Assembly: GCA_010093745.1 (NCBI GenBank)
Contig: MU005963.1
Coordinates: 330,217 to 394,216, forward strand
Source of the DNA: Piedraia hortae CBS 480.64
Lineage: Eukaryota
Reading direction: 5' to 3'
Length of the DNA: 64,000 nt
Positions 32,652-44,402 of the stretch are shown here, in pieces. How positions within the stretch are numbered: the first letter of the stretch is position 1; each line of letters starts with the position of its first letter. A program made the position numbers and the translations under genes. Under the pieces are notes generated by a model, which did no database searches, had not been told where the DNA came from, and saw nothing but the letters and a program-made list of their open reading frames with translations.

Positions 32652-33556
32652 ATGCCCAATTTCGAAAAGTTTGTAGCATGTTCATCTTGCTAGACCGAGC
32701 TTATGTTGCTGCACAGTATCTTCAAATCCGAAACATTTACCTTTTTCGTTGGACCAGATGGTAAGGAGTTGAAGGTCCATACAGCCACCATCTGCCCCAA
32801 ATTCAAACTCCCCAGTGCTCTGATCAACGGGGGAATGGCCGAATCGCCGCGCGGCTCAGCCAGACTGGATGATGTTGACGTGGAAAACTTTACCCGATGC
32901 ACCCAATACCTGTACGCTGGGAATTACTAGGAGCGATGCCCCAGTACCCGACCTTTCGGTTCGTCACAGGGACAGGAAAGCATGAGCATAGCGAAAGCGA
33001 CATGGCCTCTCCAGTGCCCAGTGTTGCACACAGTGCCTTACCTGAAACCCGATTCCTACGCAGGCGTAGGTGGTACAGAGGCATGGGAGGACCACCCTAC
33101 GCCCCAGATCTACCACCATTTACCGCGAGGGAGAACACTGGACCGCAAGAGGATTATTCCAGCGTCTTTCTCTGCCATGCCAAGGTGTACGTTTTCGCAG
33201 ATCGCTACGATATGTTTCATCTGAAGAGACTAGCAGGAATGAAGCTTCGCAAGATGCTGCTTGCATTCAAGTTCAACGAAAACCGACTGGGCGACATTGA
33301 GACGTTGGTCAAGTACACGTATGAAAATACCACGCCACGCGAGGCCGGTGGGACGGAAGGGCCGCTGCGCTGGGTGGTGTTGGATTATCCGCAGACTTGT
33401 GTGGAACAACTTATCGGTCGTGCTGGGTTCGAGGAGCAGTTGGCGGCTTATCCTGTACTGGCAAGAGTGCTCCTCTGGAGGATGGCGAGGGATCTCGATA
33501 AGATTTCGCAGACGCATCTCTTTGAGTTGGCGAAGCGTGTTCAGCAGAGAAAATGA
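32652..33556 (+). pseudogene. BTB/POZ-domain gene copy 3, one frameshift/stop (intron 32669-32716)
   Basis: FFVGPDGKELKVH...LINGGMAES...QYLYAGNY* (TAG 32928-32930); continues in another frame with VFLCHAKVYVFADRYD...YTYENT. Confidence 0.75.
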
Positions 33557-33618
33557 GGACGCAAGCGTTGGACACACCTCCACAACTATGTAATAGCCTG
33601 GAAGAAGACTTTTAGCAA

Positions 33619-33642
33619 AACACACACACACACACACACACA
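33619..33642. repeat. (CA)n microsatellite
   Basis: About 12 CA units. Confidence 0.9.
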
Positions 33643-34357
33643 TACCTTTCCAACTTAATCCCATACTATCACGGGCTAGCCCTTTCGTCCCATGAACCTA
33701 CCAGGCACTTCGGTGCAGAAGCTCAGGAGTGTCCACTAGGCCCTATGGCCATCTCTATCCCCCATAATCTTGCACAAGTCCGGGCTTGTGCCTTAATCTC
33801 AGCGTTTCCCGTTGCACATGTTCGGGGAAATCCGAATTCGAATCGAAACAAAAAATAAAGGATATCACCGTCCCACGTGGTGGATCATTCTCGAATTTCG
33901 CGATTACCAAATTTGTCTGGAAATTTTGGTCGGAAAGCAGGAGCAGAAGTAGAGGCAATTGTAGTCCCAGTAATGTTAACCAAATCGATCTAAACGCTCC
34001 CCACAAGTTCCAGGGAGAAAGTTTGATACCCCAGCTCCACAGTATATGCACAAGTTGAATGAAATCATTCTGCGAAACGCGGTAGTTTCATCATCTCGTC
34101 GAGCATGCCCATCGAGTATAATCCTGTTAGGGAGAGATACTTTCCTTTTTTGGAACGAACAAGGGAGGGGGCGAGGAGTCGATGTTCACACCGATCCCAA
34201 GAACATCACATACGGGGCCTTGATCAACACAGCCGAAACCGTAAGAACCGGGTTTTATTTCATCCAAACCGCAAGATAACAGTACGAGAGCAATCCAAAC
34301 CCAACACCACCTACAAGGGGGGTATCATCCCAAAAACCCAAAAACCCACACCATGGC

Positions 34358-36511
34358 TCATCTCGACGAACGTGGTATCCCCACCGCCAACACCATCATG
34401 AGAAACATGTAAATACCCCCAGCAATAAGACAGTCCCTAGGCGGGAGGGGCGGTCCCCTCGCGGCGAACAGCGCGGTCGCCACGAACGCAACGAGCAGTG
34501 TGGCAGCCAGGCGATCCACAATAGACGGGATAAGGGAGTAGAGCAACAGCGGCAGCATGAGAAGGACAGGGATGTAACCCATCGAGGGGCATTGGTCGGG
34601 TTGTTGGGGAGGAACGGTGGGGGCTACGTTGAGGAGCATAAGGTCGTCGCCGCAGTTGAGGAAGCGGGTTTCGGAGTCGTGGACAGGAGTGTGTTGGGCC
34701 ATCCAGTCCTGATAGGCTTTGACGTGCGCGGCGTCAGCGGAATGGGCATATTTGGTCACGGTCTGGAAGTCTCGCAGCACGCGGTAGTATTGTTCCATTT
34801 TCTGGAAGCTCCGGCCCAATATGAAGGTGCGCCGGTGGAAGAGCTCGTCACAGCTGCGTGCTTCTGCTCGTCGTGAGGCGGGCGTTTGTTGCTGCCCTGC
34901 GACTCGCGCCGGGTCTAGCTGCGCAATGGTTTCGTCCGTCTCGCGCAAGTGTTCCTCTAGCTCTGTGATCTCGTCTTGGAGATGTAGAAGGATGCGGTGG
35001 TTCAGAGCCTCAAATCGTCGGTAGACTGGCTGCACGGATGACCTTGGGGCTGACAGCTCGATTGCGAGCATCTCGTACCCGCCTATAGTGCGTTGGGTGA
35101 GGTCTGGAGGATCAGGCGCCGTCGGTCGGCTTCGTGGTGCGGTAACCGTCTGCCATTGAGAGGGCTGTAACGCTTCATGCGGATAGGGCGTTGGGAACGA
35201 CGGAGGATCAGCTGGCGGGTTGATAGCGTGCATCTCACGAGCCTGTTGGTTGTGCTCAGTCGTAAGAGGCGAAATTTGAGATGAAGAATCAAGATAACGA
35301 GGCTGCTGATAGTAACCCTCAGGATGTCCGGGAGTACGAGGAGCTGATGGAACGAGGGGAACTGACGGAAAAGAAGGCGGGCTGGGTGATGGATCAGCCG
35401 TCTGCGTCCCCGGCGCCCCGACAAGCTCTTCTTGCGGTGGAGGAATGTGTTCAGCAGGTAGAGCCCCCGGTGTAACGTTGAAGTCCTCACCGGGCGGTGT
35501 GGCTTCAACCGCATTCCCTTCTTTCACATCAGACACGCCGAGTTGGTGATGAAAGTGGGACGTGTCGATGCACAGCTCGCTCGGCCGAGCCTCTCTCATT
35601 TGAGGGACAGCGGGTTGTCTTTCAATGGCTGTCTCAACGCACGGCTCTTCTTTCACCTCCACGACATCACAAACACCGGGCCGTTTGCTAAAAGTTTTGG
35701 AAGCATGCCGGAAATCTGGACTTGAGCTTGGTTGGATGTCGTATTTCTTGCGCAGTTCAGCTACACTGATGCTGCGCGTCCTTGCTGGTGATGACAGGTT
35801 GGAAAATGAAGACGGCGTGTCAGGGCCCTCGCTGGACTCTGCAATCGTGGGCTCATAACAAGACACCGACGACACCGATGAGTGCCTGTCACAGCCTTTG
35901 GGCGAATCGGATACCAGATAATCAAATACATTTAGGGGCCTCGGCTCCTGGGAGGCGTCAGGCTGTGCGCTCTCGCTTAACTCGGTCAGAAATTCGCCAT
36001 GTTGGTCAACATTGCTGCTCATCCGCCTGTTGCTGGCTTGAGGCGTGCCATCGGATACGCTGCCCCTGTTGTTCAAAGACGTTGGTGCCGAGACATGAGA
36101 CGGGCTGTCTTGGTCCGCGTCGCTCCTTTTATGCACACTACTTGGCCTGGACAGCACGGGGCGGTCACGCGCCGTGTGATTGTTGTCATCCCGCCGTCTA
36201 TTGGCTTTGCTCGTGATCTCGCCATGGTGGACTTCGGACGCTTTTTTGCTACCGGCTGACTGGGGAGCTCTCGAAACACGAACCGGGCCGGTAGAACTGG
36301 CCTTGGAGCGGCTGCTAGAGTCCCTCTCGCCGCGGTCCCGCGCGTTCAAAGGCGCTTTTGTGGCCTTATTATGGTGAATCTCGAACGATTCCGGGGACGA
36401 GAGCGCCCCGTTTTCGGATATCGACAATCTATGCGGCCTGGAATGGGACGGACTTGCTTTATGTGAGATATCGCCGACAGCTGTCGATCGCGCCGTCAGC
36501 TGTGGTGGCAA
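34358..36511 (-). CDS. DUF6594-domain protein with long disordered N-terminus and C-terminal TM helices; true start probably in a short upstream exon (~36600)
   Basis: GYEMLA...YRRFEALNHRILLHLQDEITELEE...ETRFL...DDL followed by hydrophobic helices. Confidence 0.8.
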   Translation of the reverse strand: MPPQLTARSTAVGDISHKASPSHSRPHRLSISENGALSSPESFEIHHNKATKAPLNARDRGERDSSSRSKASSTGPVRVSRAPQSAGSKKASEVHHGEITSKANRRRDDNNHTARDRPVLSRPSSVHKRSDADQDSPSHVSAPTSLNNRGSVSDGTPQASNRRMSSNVDQHGEFLTELSESAQPDASQEPRPLNVFDYLVSDSPKGCDRHSSVSSVSCYEPTIAESSEGPDTPSSFSNLSSPARTRSISVAELRKKYDIQPSSSPDFRHASKTFSKRPGVCDVVEVKEEPCVETAIERQPAVPQMREARPSELCIDTSHFHHQLGVSDVKEGNAVEATPPGEDFNVTPGALPAEHIPPPQEELVGAPGTQTADPSPSPPSFPSVPLVPSAPRTPGHPEGYYQQPRYLDSSSQISPLTTEHNQQAREMHAINPPADPPSFPTPYPHEALQPSQWQTVTAPRSRPTAPDPPDLTQRTIGGYEMLAIELSAPRSSVQPVYRRFEALNHRILLHLQDEITELEEHLRETDETIAQLDPARVAGQQQTPASRRAEARSCDELFHRRTFILGRSFQKMEQYYRVLRDFQTVTKYAHSADAAHVKAYQDWMAQHTPVHDSETRFLNCGDDLMLLNVAPTVPPQQPDQCPSMGYIPVLLMLPLLLYSLIPSIVDRLAATLLVAFVATALFAARGPPLPPRDCLIAGGIYMFLMMVLAVGIPRSSR

Positions 36512-37385
36512 AGTGCCGACAGTTTTAGCCTAGATAATAAGCACAGCACACATTAGCGCCACCGGTTGACCCGAGGCGGCATGACTCGCCCGTACCATGA
36601 TTGGCATCTGTCTTGGGTGAACGGAAGAGGCAGAAGGAGGAGCAAAACAGCAGCACACCCCAGCCCCGGATGAACCAGGAAGAAAAAGCATCCAGAGCGG
36701 GTGGGGCAGCATTTCTCCGATGGCTTTTCTCTGGCAAATGGCAGCCGGGGCGCTGCCAAGGTCGCAAAGCGTCCCACAGCAGATGTGGAGGCTGAAATCA
36801 GAGCCCGAAGAAGGGCAGATTCAGCCCCAAATTTGGAGGTCCGGCTGCGGGTCGTTGCAAGTACCCGCATATTCACGCGAGGAGTTTGTGCCCACCGCTG
36901 TGATCAGCCATCGTCGGCTCCAACCAGGATACTTGGCGGATGAAGCGGCCGCACTCCAGCTGCCTTACGTTGCTGCACAGCAGCCAGCCGTGGCCCAACT
37001 TGGGCGGGGGGAGGCGGCGCCATCATTGAGCCAACACCCCGGTTTTGGGCACACTGTCCGCATTGCAAATAGCAGCTTCAAATTGGCACAAACCATGTTC
37101 CATCTGTAATTTTTGCTTCTGGATTTTCCTGCACCTCGTGCGTGGCAGAGCCCTGTTGAAGCAGTTTCAGCCGTTCAGGCTCGCGTTTCATGCCGCACCC
37201 TCGTTCTCCTTGAAACCCGGCCTCTTGGGCATCCACGAGGCGACGAGGCCGCACGAGAGAATGGTGAGAAGTTTTTCCACACATTTCCCACACGAACCCG
37301 GTCACGTGATGTAGCGATGCCCGGAGAGCATCCGAAGTTTTGCCGAAAAGCCTCCGTTTGCAGCGGCGACGACGACGAGCATCGA

Positions 37386-37947
37386 ATGGCGCGCAAGGCG
37401 ATACAGCAGGATCAGATTGTAAAGCTCATAGTGGGCGCCGGTAAGGCATCACCTTCGCCCCCTGTGGGTCCGGCGTTGGGCAGCAAAGGTGTCAAGTCGA
37501 TGGACTTTTGCAAGGTCAGCCAGGAAAAAATTCACTATTCTGGCCTGGTTGGGCTGATGAATTGGGCAGGAGTTCAACGCGCGCACTGCAAACTACATTC
37601 CAGACACTCCAATACCGGCCCGAGTAACTATTCGCCCCGATAAATCCTTTACTTTTGAAATTCGAACACCGCCGACCTCTTCGCTCCTTCTGGCCGCTGC
37701 CAACGTTACGCGCGGCGCAGGAAACACTCCAGGTCCCAAGTCTACTGCCACCAAAGGCAAAGCCTCGGACTTGGCAACGGCCGGTAACACGTCGGTAGGG
37801 ACAGTGGGCCGAGTCAGCCTAAAGCATGTCTGGGAAATTGCCAAAATCAAGTGTTCTGAGCCACGACTGTCAGGAGTGCCGCTACAAGGCATGGTGAAGA
37901 GCGTGATAGCGCAGGCGGGAAGCATGGGCATCCAGGTAATGCCGTGA
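37386..37947 (+). CDS. MRPL19: Mitochondrial ribosomal protein uL11m (intron 37515-37569)
   Basis: [38 protein letters not shown]...FEIRTPPTS...SMGIQV. Confidence 0.93.
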
Positions 37948-38023
37948 TTCCACCAATATACCATCAGTGTACGATATCAGAGTAATACGGCACTTCATTG
38001 ATGAACTATCGAAAGCTCTACTA

Positions 38024-38798
38024 TTACGATTTACCACCTTCATTAGCCGGGGAGCCCCTGGCCGGTAGCTGAGCGTCCTCTCCGTGGTGTGGTTCCAGAG
38101 CGTGCGCACTGCCCTGGCCTGTTCGCTCGTCCACATGTGCAGGCTGGCTATTCATGGAGTGCAACTGCCGAGTTGGAATCCCAGGCTTCAGATAAAGGGC
38201 CAGGCGGAATGCCGTGTTACCGTTGAGATAATATCGATGCAAACGCTTGGTTCTCAGGAAGCCCAAGTTCTCATAAATTCTCAGAGACGGAATGTTATCC
38301 ACTTCGGTCTCGAGAACAATCTATAGACAGTGTGAGTGCAACTGTTGTACGGTGCTGATAAACTCACTTCATCCGCATCTCGCTTAATCATCTCGTCAAC
38401 GGCCATGCGCACCAGTTGGGTGGCGATGCCACGACCCCGGAACTCCTTCCGCGTAGCAAGCATGGCGATGTAGCCGCGCATAGGGCCCCCACGGTGCGGT
38501 TCAAGCTTGCATATTATGACTCCGAGCAAATACTTTTCGGGATTCAGAGCCTGTTGACCTGATTAGCTTTGCTGGAGAACGACGAGGTGGTCAAATTGAC
38601 CATAAAACACAAATCTCTCCACTGGTGCAGAAAGTAGCGGTAGACATAGATGCTGTATGGCTCAGAGAGATCATTTGATATCAGCTGACGGATTGCCGGA
38701 AGATACTGAGACTCTTTGTTGCCGCCGTACGAGACGTAGCATATGTCGGTCAGAGACGATTTGGAGGCCAAGTCATGTTCAGTAGTTGAACCGCTCAT
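38024..38798 (-). CDS. MAK3: NatC N-terminal acetyltransferase catalytic subunit Naa30 (introns 38551-38600, 38321-38367)
   Basis: [36 protein letters not shown]...YENLGF...LHRYYLNG. Confidence 0.93.
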
Positions 38799-38951
38799 TG
38801 GTACGGGGAAAAACTAATTACTACTCTATGCAAGAATCAAACCATGTTGCATTATGTTGCGGGGACTCGTTCTGATCGTTGGGTTGTGGTAACATGTGAT
38901 ACTTCCGCCAAGACCACAAACACAACCTCTCACCTGCAGCTGACATCTGTC

Positions 38952-40856
38952 ATGGCGGGGCTTCGGCGCCGCATTTTTGGCACAGGGACCCCAGAAAGCT
39001 CCCCGGGTTCGTCTAGGGGCCACAGTCCAGCTCCCAAAATCCCCGAGGGCTCATCGGCTGACCGCTACACCCTTGTTCCCACAAAGTCACTGGAGAAGTT
39101 GGGGAAGCACAGGCGTCATCAGTCGACTGGATGGAAACGACGGAATTTCTGGATTTTTGGCTTGGGCGGGTTGTGCGGTGTCGTCGTGGCCGGCCTCCTA
39201 GCCAAGAACAGTGATGGCCTTGGGGACTGGCGATTTGATTCCTTCCTAGACGTGCTTCCGGCTGGTTTAGTCAAGGATATTCAAGATATCCAGTCCAGTG
39301 AAAAGGATGCCGTCAACTATGATTCCTTTGCTGTGGGCTTGCATGCGCGATCGATCGGCATCGAGGCAAAACATCCCGTTATCATGATTCCCGGTGTCAT
39401 CTCCACCGGGCTAGAAAGCTGGAGCACAGAGAAGAAAAGCCTGCCGTATTTTCGCAAAAGACTATGGGGCTCGTGGTCGATGATGCGGGCTCTCGTGCTG
39501 GACAAGGCGGGTTGGAAACGACACCTGATGCTCGACGAGGAAACCGGAATGGACCCTCCAGGTGTCAAGCTGCGGGCAGCACAGGGTTTCGATAGCTCAG
39601 ACTTTTTCTTTCCCGGCTACTGGATCTGGAACAAGATCTTGGAGAACCTCGCAACCGTAGGCTACGATCCCACAAACGCATTTACCGCTGCCTACGACTG
39701 GAGGCTGAGTTTCGACAAATACGAGACGCGGGACCAGTACTACACGCGACTCAAGGCGCACATTGAGATCGCCAAACGTGTGACAGACACCAAGGCCGTC
39801 CTCCTTTCACATTCAATGGGCAGCCAGGTGCTGTATTACTTTTTGCATTGGGTTGAGGCCGAAGGCTACGGCAACGGTGGACCAAATTGGGTCAACGACC
39901 ATATCGAGGCTTGGATAAACATTTCTGGGTGCATGCTTGGCGCACTCAAGGACGTGCCTGCTGTGCTTTCGGGTGAAATGCGCGATACTGCGCAGCTGAA
40001 CGCGCTTGCCGTGTATGGGCTGGAAAAGTTTCTCAATCGACACGAGCGAGCTGAGCTTTTCAGACACATGCCGGGTATCAGCGCCATGCTACCGCTGGGG
40101 GGGGAAGCAATCTGGGGGAATCACACCTGGGCACCAGACGATGAGCCGGGACAGCCTACCACGTTTGGCAGTTTCCTCAACTTTAAGCCACAGAACTTTA
40201 CAACGCAGAAGAACCTGACGGTTAATGAGGCGTTGGACTATCTCTGGAAGAATTCCGAGGATTGGTATGTTGACCTAGTCAAGCATGCGTACAGCCATCA
40301 AGGTGTGGCACGCACGCAGAAAGAAGTCGAAGCAAACCAAATGATTCCGTCCAAGTGGATGAACCCGCTCCAGTCCCGCTTGCCGCTGGCACCGGACATG
40401 AAGATCTTTTGTTTCTACGGCATCGGCAAGCCGACAGAGCGGTCGTACTATTACCGACCAGACACGGAGCCGTTTACAGAGAAAAGCTCGCCGAAGATCA
40501 TGATTGACACATCCGTCACGACAACCGATGGCTTTGTCGACCGCGGTGTTGTCACAGGCGATGGCGATGGCACAGTTAATCTCTTGTCTTCGGGATACAT
40601 GTGCAACAAGGGCTGGAAAATGAAGAGGTACAACCCGGCAGGCATCAACGTGACGGTGCTTGAGATGCCACACGAGCCCGACCGGTTCAGTCCTCGAGGC
40701 GGCCCCAACACGGCCGATCACGTTGATATTCTCGGTCGGTCATCGCTGAATGAGCTTATCCTCCGCGTGGCCGGGGGCAAGGGCCATTTGATTGAGGATA
40801 AGGTTGTTTCCAGGATTCGAGAGGTTGTGGAACGGGTTAAAATTTATGAGGAATGA
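38952..40856 (+). CDS. LRO1: Phospholipid:diacylglycerol acyltransferase
   Basis: N-terminal TM; MIPGVISTGLESW, AYDWRL, SHSMG, GDGTV, HVDILG. Confidence 0.93.
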   Translation: MAGLRRRIFGTGTPESSPGSSRGHSPAPKIPEGSSADRYTLVPTKSLEKLGKHRRHQSTGWKRRNFWIFGLGGLCGVVVAGLLAKNSDGLGDWRFDSFLDVLPAGLVKDIQDIQSSEKDAVNYDSFAVGLHARSIGIEAKHPVIMIPGVISTGLESWSTEKKSLPYFRKRLWGSWSMMRALVLDKAGWKRHLMLDEETGMDPPGVKLRAAQGFDSSDFFFPGYWIWNKILENLATVGYDPTNAFTAAYDWRLSFDKYETRDQYYTRLKAHIEIAKRVTDTKAVLLSHSMGSQVLYYFLHWVEAEGYGNGGPNWVNDHIEAWINISGCMLGALKDVPAVLSGEMRDTAQLNALAVYGLEKFLNRHERAELFRHMPGISAMLPLGGEAIWGNHTWAPDDEPGQPTTFGSFLNFKPQNFTTQKNLTVNEALDYLWKNSEDWYVDLVKHAYSHQGVARTQKEVEANQMIPSKWMNPLQSRLPLAPDMKIFCFYGIGKPTERSYYYRPDTEPFTEKSSPKIMIDTSVTTTDGFVDRGVVTGDGDGTVNLLSSGYMCNKGWKMKRYNPAGINVTVLEMPHEPDRFSPRGGPNTADHVDILGRSSLNELILRVAGGKGHLIEDKVVSRIREVVERVKIYEE

Positions 40857-41002
40857 CGAGTTGTGTCCAGTAATGAAGTTCATGTAACATAATCGCTTCC
40901 GTGACCATGTGGGAGCAAATGGCCAGGGTGGCGGTGATGGGCACAGGCAGATGGAGCGTTGGGTATACATCGGGGGCCCTGTGTACCCGTATCAAACTTT
41001 TC

Positions 41003-41118
41003 TGCCTTGCCAGAAATGCACGTCTACCTAGACCAGAACGACATGTACCTAGGCCGCAGATGACATTTATCTAGGCCAGAAACTCAACTACATAGGCCAA
41101 GTACCATCCATCTAGGCA
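41003..41118. repeat. Degenerate ~21-bp tandem repeat, core YAYCTAGGCC
   Basis: Cores at 41025, 41046, 41068, 41089 and 41109; weaker copy at 41003. Confidence 0.65.
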
Positions 41119-41365
41119 CGGAGAAAGTTGGGGTAGACTAATCCACAACGGGCGACCCACTACATCTGCCAGATGTCCTCTGAGACGCCAACTTCCGATG
41201 CAAGGAGCATGTGCCGGCGCAATCGAAGGTGAGCTGCTGCATATAGAATCTTCCATTAGCAGAGCTTTCACAGGCTGCGACTTTGATTGGCTGTTTCTGT
41301 AGGGAATCCCAGGCCTATTTACAAAAAAACAGGAAGTTGCAAAGACCAGACGCGTCCAAGACACG

Positions 41366-44265
41366 ATGCAGGACGTCACGCAGCAAATGGGCCAACTGGG
41401 CCTGGAACGGCGGAAGAAAAAAGATCGTCACGCCTACCACCAGATTGAGCAAACGGCGCCGCAGACCAACTGGCCGCCCGCCCACTCGGCCAGTCCGCAG
41501 CCGGGGGCTCCATGGCCTGGCACGCAGCAGCCATGGCAGTCGCAGCAGATGCCGCAGGCGGCGCCGCAGCCGTTCAGCGGCCACGTCGGAACGCCCATCA
41601 ACATGCAGCAGCAGCAGCCGGCGGCCGGAGGTCCCAGAGTCAACCCGGAGCAGGTGCCTAGCATCCCGCTGAGCAGAGACACCGAGGCGGAGCGGTACAA
41701 GACGCAAATGTACGCGACGATGCAGCAGCGACTGCCACCGCCGGCAACGACCCCGTTTGTGGCATTTGACGAGGGCAACGCGTCGCCAAAGCATGCGCGC
41801 CTGACGCTGAACACGATTCCCATGGCTCAGGATCAACTGCAGCTGACGAGCTTGCCGCTGGGCCTTGTGCTGCAGCCGCTGGCGAAGCAGACGGAGGGTG
41901 AGCAGCCGATCCCTGTACTGGATTTTGGCGACGCCGGGCCTCCGCGCTGCAGGCGGTGTCGAGCGTACATCAACCCCTTCATGATCTTCTCAAACGGAGG
42001 CAACCGCATGACATGTAATCTCTGTGCTCATCCCAACGAGGTTCCTCCTGAATACTTTGCGCCTACGGATCAGATGGGCGTCCGCGTGGACCGCGCGCAG
42101 AGGCCGGAGCTGTCGCTGGGAACGTGCGAGTTCCTCGTGCCCAAAGAATATTGGGTGCACGAGCCGGTGCCGATGAGGTTTCTGTTTCTCTTGGAAGCCA
42201 CAGTCGGCGCTGCCTCCCGGGGCTTCCTACATGCCATGTGCGACGGAATCCTGACCGCCCTCTATGGCAGCGGGGATGGGGCCGAGGCCGAGTCCGAGTC
42301 CAAAGTGCCAGCCGGTGCCCAGGTGGGATTCATGACTTACGATCGACACGTTCATTTCTACAATGTCTCGTCCTCTGAGCCGCAGCAGCTGATCGTTTCC
42401 GATCTCGATGAGCCTTTTGCGGCAATGAGCTCAGAACATTTGTTTGTAGATCCTAACGAGCACCGGGAAACGATTAAAAAGCTTCTCAGCTCGATCCCAC
42501 GCATGTTTGCCTCGACACCTCTGCACGAATCTTCTCTTCTTCCTTCTTTGCGTGCTGCCATGTCTGCGTTGGAGCCCAGCGGCGGCAAAATCATCTGTTC
42601 TGTGGCTTCGCTGCCCATGGGAGGCCCCATTGAACAGCGGCTGCAACAGCGAGACAAGGGCAACATACAAAACGACGATGGCGATGCGGCAAGGGAGCTG
42701 CTGCGGCCGGAGCATCAGCTGTACAAAAAGGCCCAGGCCGATATGGTCAAGGCTGGCGTGGGCGTAGACTTCTTCATGGCGTCGCCCTCGGGCGGCTTCC
42801 TGGACATTGCTGACATTGGTTATATTGCCGAGAAGACGGGCGGTGAATGCTTCTACTATTCCAACTGGGCACATCCACGGGATTGTCTACGGCTGGAAAA
42901 GGAGATTTCCCACTGTGTGCAGCGGGAGCAGGGCTACGCGGCTCTGATGAAGGTCCGCTGCAGCAACGGCTTGCAAGTGGCTCACTACAGCGGCTGCTTC
43001 ACCCAGCACACATTTGGCGCCGATCTAGAGCTGGCCAACATCTCCGAGGACAGCGCCATGTCGGTGACTTTTTCGTATGATGGCAAGGTGAGTTTCCGTC
43101 TGAACCCCGTTGCCAGCCTGGAAGAACGTCGACGCGCCACTCGGGTGGAGGTGGGCAAGTCGGGCGTGTGCCGGCCAAAGCTGACCGTTGAATAGCTCGA
43201 TCCGAAGCTGGATGCGCATTTCCAGGCCGCCATCCTGTATACGACGGCTGCGGGAAAGCGGCGGGTACGGTGTATCAACGTTGTTGCGTCGATTGCCGAG
43301 CACGCACGCGAAAGCATGAAGTTTGTCGACCAAGACGCCGTTCTCTGCATCATGGCCAAGGAGGCCATGGCCAAAGTGGGCGAGAGAAATTTAAAAGACA
43401 TCAGACAGGGCCTACAGGACAAAGTAGTCGAAATCGTAGCAGACTACCGCAAACATTTCAGCATCGGCTACCCGTCCACGCAGCTCGTGTTGCCAGAGAA
43501 CCTCAAGGAGATTGCCATGTACACGCTCGGCCTATTGAAGTCTCGAGCGTTGAAAGCCGGGCGAGAGCCGAGCGACAGACGCATCCAGGAAGCGCGGATG
43601 GTCAAAGCCATGGGATCCGCCGAGCTCAGCCTATACATGTACCCGCGCATGCTGGCCATTCACAATCTGGACCCTAGCGAGGGCTTCGCCGACGAGAACG
43701 GACAGCTGAAGATGCCGCAGGCGGTGCGGCTAACGTTTGCTGACATTGAGGAGGGCGGCGTTTACCTCGTCGACAACGGCCAGATTCTACTGCTGTGGAT
43801 CCACCAGCGTGTCAGCCCCAATCTGCTGGAGGATCTCTTCGGCCCGGAGTTTACAGACATCCAGGCCCTTGACCCGAACATGTCATCGTTGCCGGTCCTG
43901 GACACGCTGCTGAATGCCCAGGTGCGAAACATTCTGCTGCACCTGGAATCGCAGCGTGGGAGCAAGGGTTTGGCCATCCAGCTCGCACGTCAGGGTCTAG
44001 ACGGCGCCGAATACGACTTTGCACGTCTGCTTTACGAGGACCGCGGTCGGGACGCAGAGTCGTATGTTGATTTTCTGGTACAGCTCCACCGTAGAGTGAG
44101 TTCAGAGGTGAGTTTTCTTGTCTACATTACATGTCTACACAAGGCCCAAAAAGCTGACAGTTGCAGATGAACAACGGACAGAAGAGCAGAGGCGGAGACG
44201 ATGTCAGTCACACGATAAGCAATACCATTAGCAGCATAACGGGAAACGTGCCATATTGGGGCTGA
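41366..44265 (+). CDS. COPII coat Sec24-family protein (Sfb3/Lst1/SEC24C-like); introns 43088-43195, 44108-44166
   Basis: Zn finger PPRCRRCRAYINPF...CNLC, trunk domain, MKVRCSNGL, gelsolin-like VYLVDNG, QLARQGLDG. Confidence 0.9.
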
Positions 44266-44402
44266 TGAGGTAACTACATGGAATAGTTGTACAGTGGTTG
44301 GTCATGGCAACTAAAGCGCGCGTCACTCACATCACTAACCATTTCCACACATACACACGCAATTTTTCTTTTCCCTTCCACCACACTTGTTCAATTGTCA
44401 AC

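Noticed and set aside
32911..32975. Possible GTACGC intron rescuing the stop in BTB copy 3
   Set aside because: It would delete the conserved YxGNY motif, and the nearby AG acceptors give stops, the wrong frame or an implausibly short intron
33755..34279. Short ORFs and a box-C-like ATGATGA downstream of the BTB cluster
   Set aside because: No matching box D or terminal stem and no protein family recognised
41003..41118. CRISPR-like appearance of the repeat-spacer pattern
   Set aside because: Eukaryotic context, cores only ~10 bp and degenerate, linkers ~11 bp, no cas genes
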